This document shows positions 62,291 to 64,000 of a stretch of DNA of 64,000 nucleotides, piece after piece; position 1 is the first letter of the stretch; each line of letters starts with the position of its first letter. The position numbers were made by a program, and so were the translations under genes. The notes beneath the pieces were generated by a model. It saw nothing but the letters and a program-made list of their open reading frames with translations, made no database searches and was not told the DNA's origin. The stretch is from Chiloscyllium plagiosum (taxonomy: Eukaryota): contig NC_057728.1 in the NCBI RefSeq assembly GCF_004010195.1, forward strand, positions 27,968,108-28,032,107, in the 5' to 3' direction.

Positions 62291-63467
62291 TTGTTCCCAA
62301 CTTCAGTATGTCTCTCACATGACCCTGGATTTTGGAATGTACCAGGCTACAACACTGAAGTGTTGACAGTATTTTACATTGGAAGATCGATGTGTCTACA
62401 ATACCAAATATATCCTCCCTGTGCTTTTTCAAAAGAATGTGAGTGGTATGATAGCATCTGAAAATAGCACTTCTGACAGTCTAAAGCTTCCTCAGCGTTT
62501 CTCTGAAATGTTAGTTGAGAATTTTGTGCACCAGTGTTTGAAGTGTGACTTTCTGAATCAGGCATGAGTGCAACCAACTTAAACAGAGTGAACTGAAAGC
62601 TGATGACCCATTCAGAACATTAAAGAATGGAAACTGAAAATGCTGGCAGTACTCAGCAAATTTGGCAATACTGCTGGATACCGAGATGGAGTTTACATTC
62701 CAGGTCATGAATTTTCATCAGACCTGATAATCTGATTGCTGGTGATCCTCCATTTTATGTCTTCTGCCATTCCTTGATCTTTGGTCATTACAGATTCTTG
62801 GTCTTTCGAAACCTGCCAGTCCCTACCTTAATCATTTTACTGCTTCCCTCTCCTTTACTGTGAACGAGAGCGCTGGAGTTGTATAGTGACAGGCAGGAAC
62901 AGCAGTTTTGATTTGCTTGCGATAAACTGAGATAGAGGGTTCAGCAGCAAGAAGGGAGATTAGGAAGCATTGAACTGGAGAGTTAGCGGCGACAGTAAGA
63001 TTCAGCCTACAGAAGTCTCGAACCAGAGGATGTAAAGTAATACAAAGGATCAGGGAAGAACTGAAGCTGTGAACCAGAGGAACAGTAGTGAAGAGGAGTG
63101 AGAGTGACAAGAAGAGGCTGCTTTAACATGGCACCTCTTGCATCATATGACCTACATCAAACCTAGAATGAAAGAAATCTAAAATGATGCTCGCAATGCT
63201 AAGAGAAAATACAGGCCCACACTTGTGCGCAAATTCTAGACTAACATCTCAGAGAAACACTGAGGGAGCTTTAGACTGTCAGAGGTGCTATCTTTCAGAT
63301 GCCATCATAGCACCAGCACTCTTTTGCAAAAGCACAGGGAGGATATATTTGGCATTGTAGAGGTATCAATCTTCAAATGTAAAATACTGTCCACATTTCA
63401 GTGTTGTAGCCAGGTACATTCCAAAATCCAGGGCCATGTGAGAGAGACATACTGAAGTTGGGTACAA
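62291..63467. repeat. Long inverted repeat: arms ~62291-62537 and ~63219-63467, spacer ~680 bp
   Basis: CCCAACTTCAGTATGTCTCTCACATGACCCTGGATTTTGGAATGTACC pairs with GGTACATTCCAAAATCCAGGGCCATGTGAGAGAGACATACTGAAGTTGGG; CTGACAGTCTAAAGCT pairs with AGCTTTAGACTGTCAG. Confidence 0.9.
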
Positions 63468-64000
63468 TCTCTCTTCGTAGGATAGCCCCACCATCCCAGG
63501 AATCTGTCTAAAGAACATCTGTTGCACTCTCTCTTTGGCAGTATCTTTCCTGAGATAAGGAGACCAAAATTGTACATAGTACTCCTTGCACCATGGTACA
63601 CTCGGGTGTCTCAGTACGTTTCAGTAATTCTGTTCACAATTTACATTCTTAGCAAGGCCCACGGCCCATGGATTTTGCAGTTTCCGTCTCCTCAATATCT
63701 AAGGCCTTTCAAGCAAAGTACAATGACTGGTCCTTATTGTGTATTTTTGGTGCTTGCTACAATAATTGTTGTAAGTGACATGGGTCTGTCCCATTCCTCA
63801 CTCTGTATTGTAGTGATTAGCTGAACCATCTTCTGAAGGTTTTGAAATAGACCCTGTTTATAATGACAAGATGTGTGAAACTCTAGGTAAAAGGGGGAAA
63901 AATGTGCCCAACTTTTCCCTCATTCTGACAGCCATTTTGTGTGTAGCTGCATCAAGCTGTGCAAAGACCCTTTAGTATGCAAACAACATGTGTCACCATA

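Overview
Vertebrate genomic DNA, most likely a cartilaginous fish (shark), inferred from HE1/V-SINE copies, CR1, Penelope-like and Tx1/L1-like fragments. Three genes are visible. (1) First coding exon of a ZAP/PARP12-family CCCH zinc-finger gene (- strand, 3811-4136), with a consensus ISRE about 75 bp upstream of the ATG. (2) A complete 9-exon DENND11 (KIAA1147/LCHN) gene (- strand, 34624-58409; 1347 nt = 448 aa + stop; all introns GT-AG and in phase), followed by a repeat-poor ~5.7 kb putative 3' UTR. (3) Divergent from DENND11, a 15-nt coding first exon (MLQFL|GTGAGT) matching the mitochondrial micropeptide STMP1, with NRF1 and YY1 motifs upstream. Between genes 1 and 2 lies a ~10 kb G-rich 26-bp satellite with degenerate edges and a core of 18 identical 130-bp (5-mer) higher-order repeats. 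Two other local structures stand out: ~190-bp direct repeats flanking DENND11 exon 4, and a ~245-bp inverted duplication in the STMP1 first intron. There is no prokaryotic-type system or CRISPR. Repeat-family assignments come from recognition of motifs, not from database searches.
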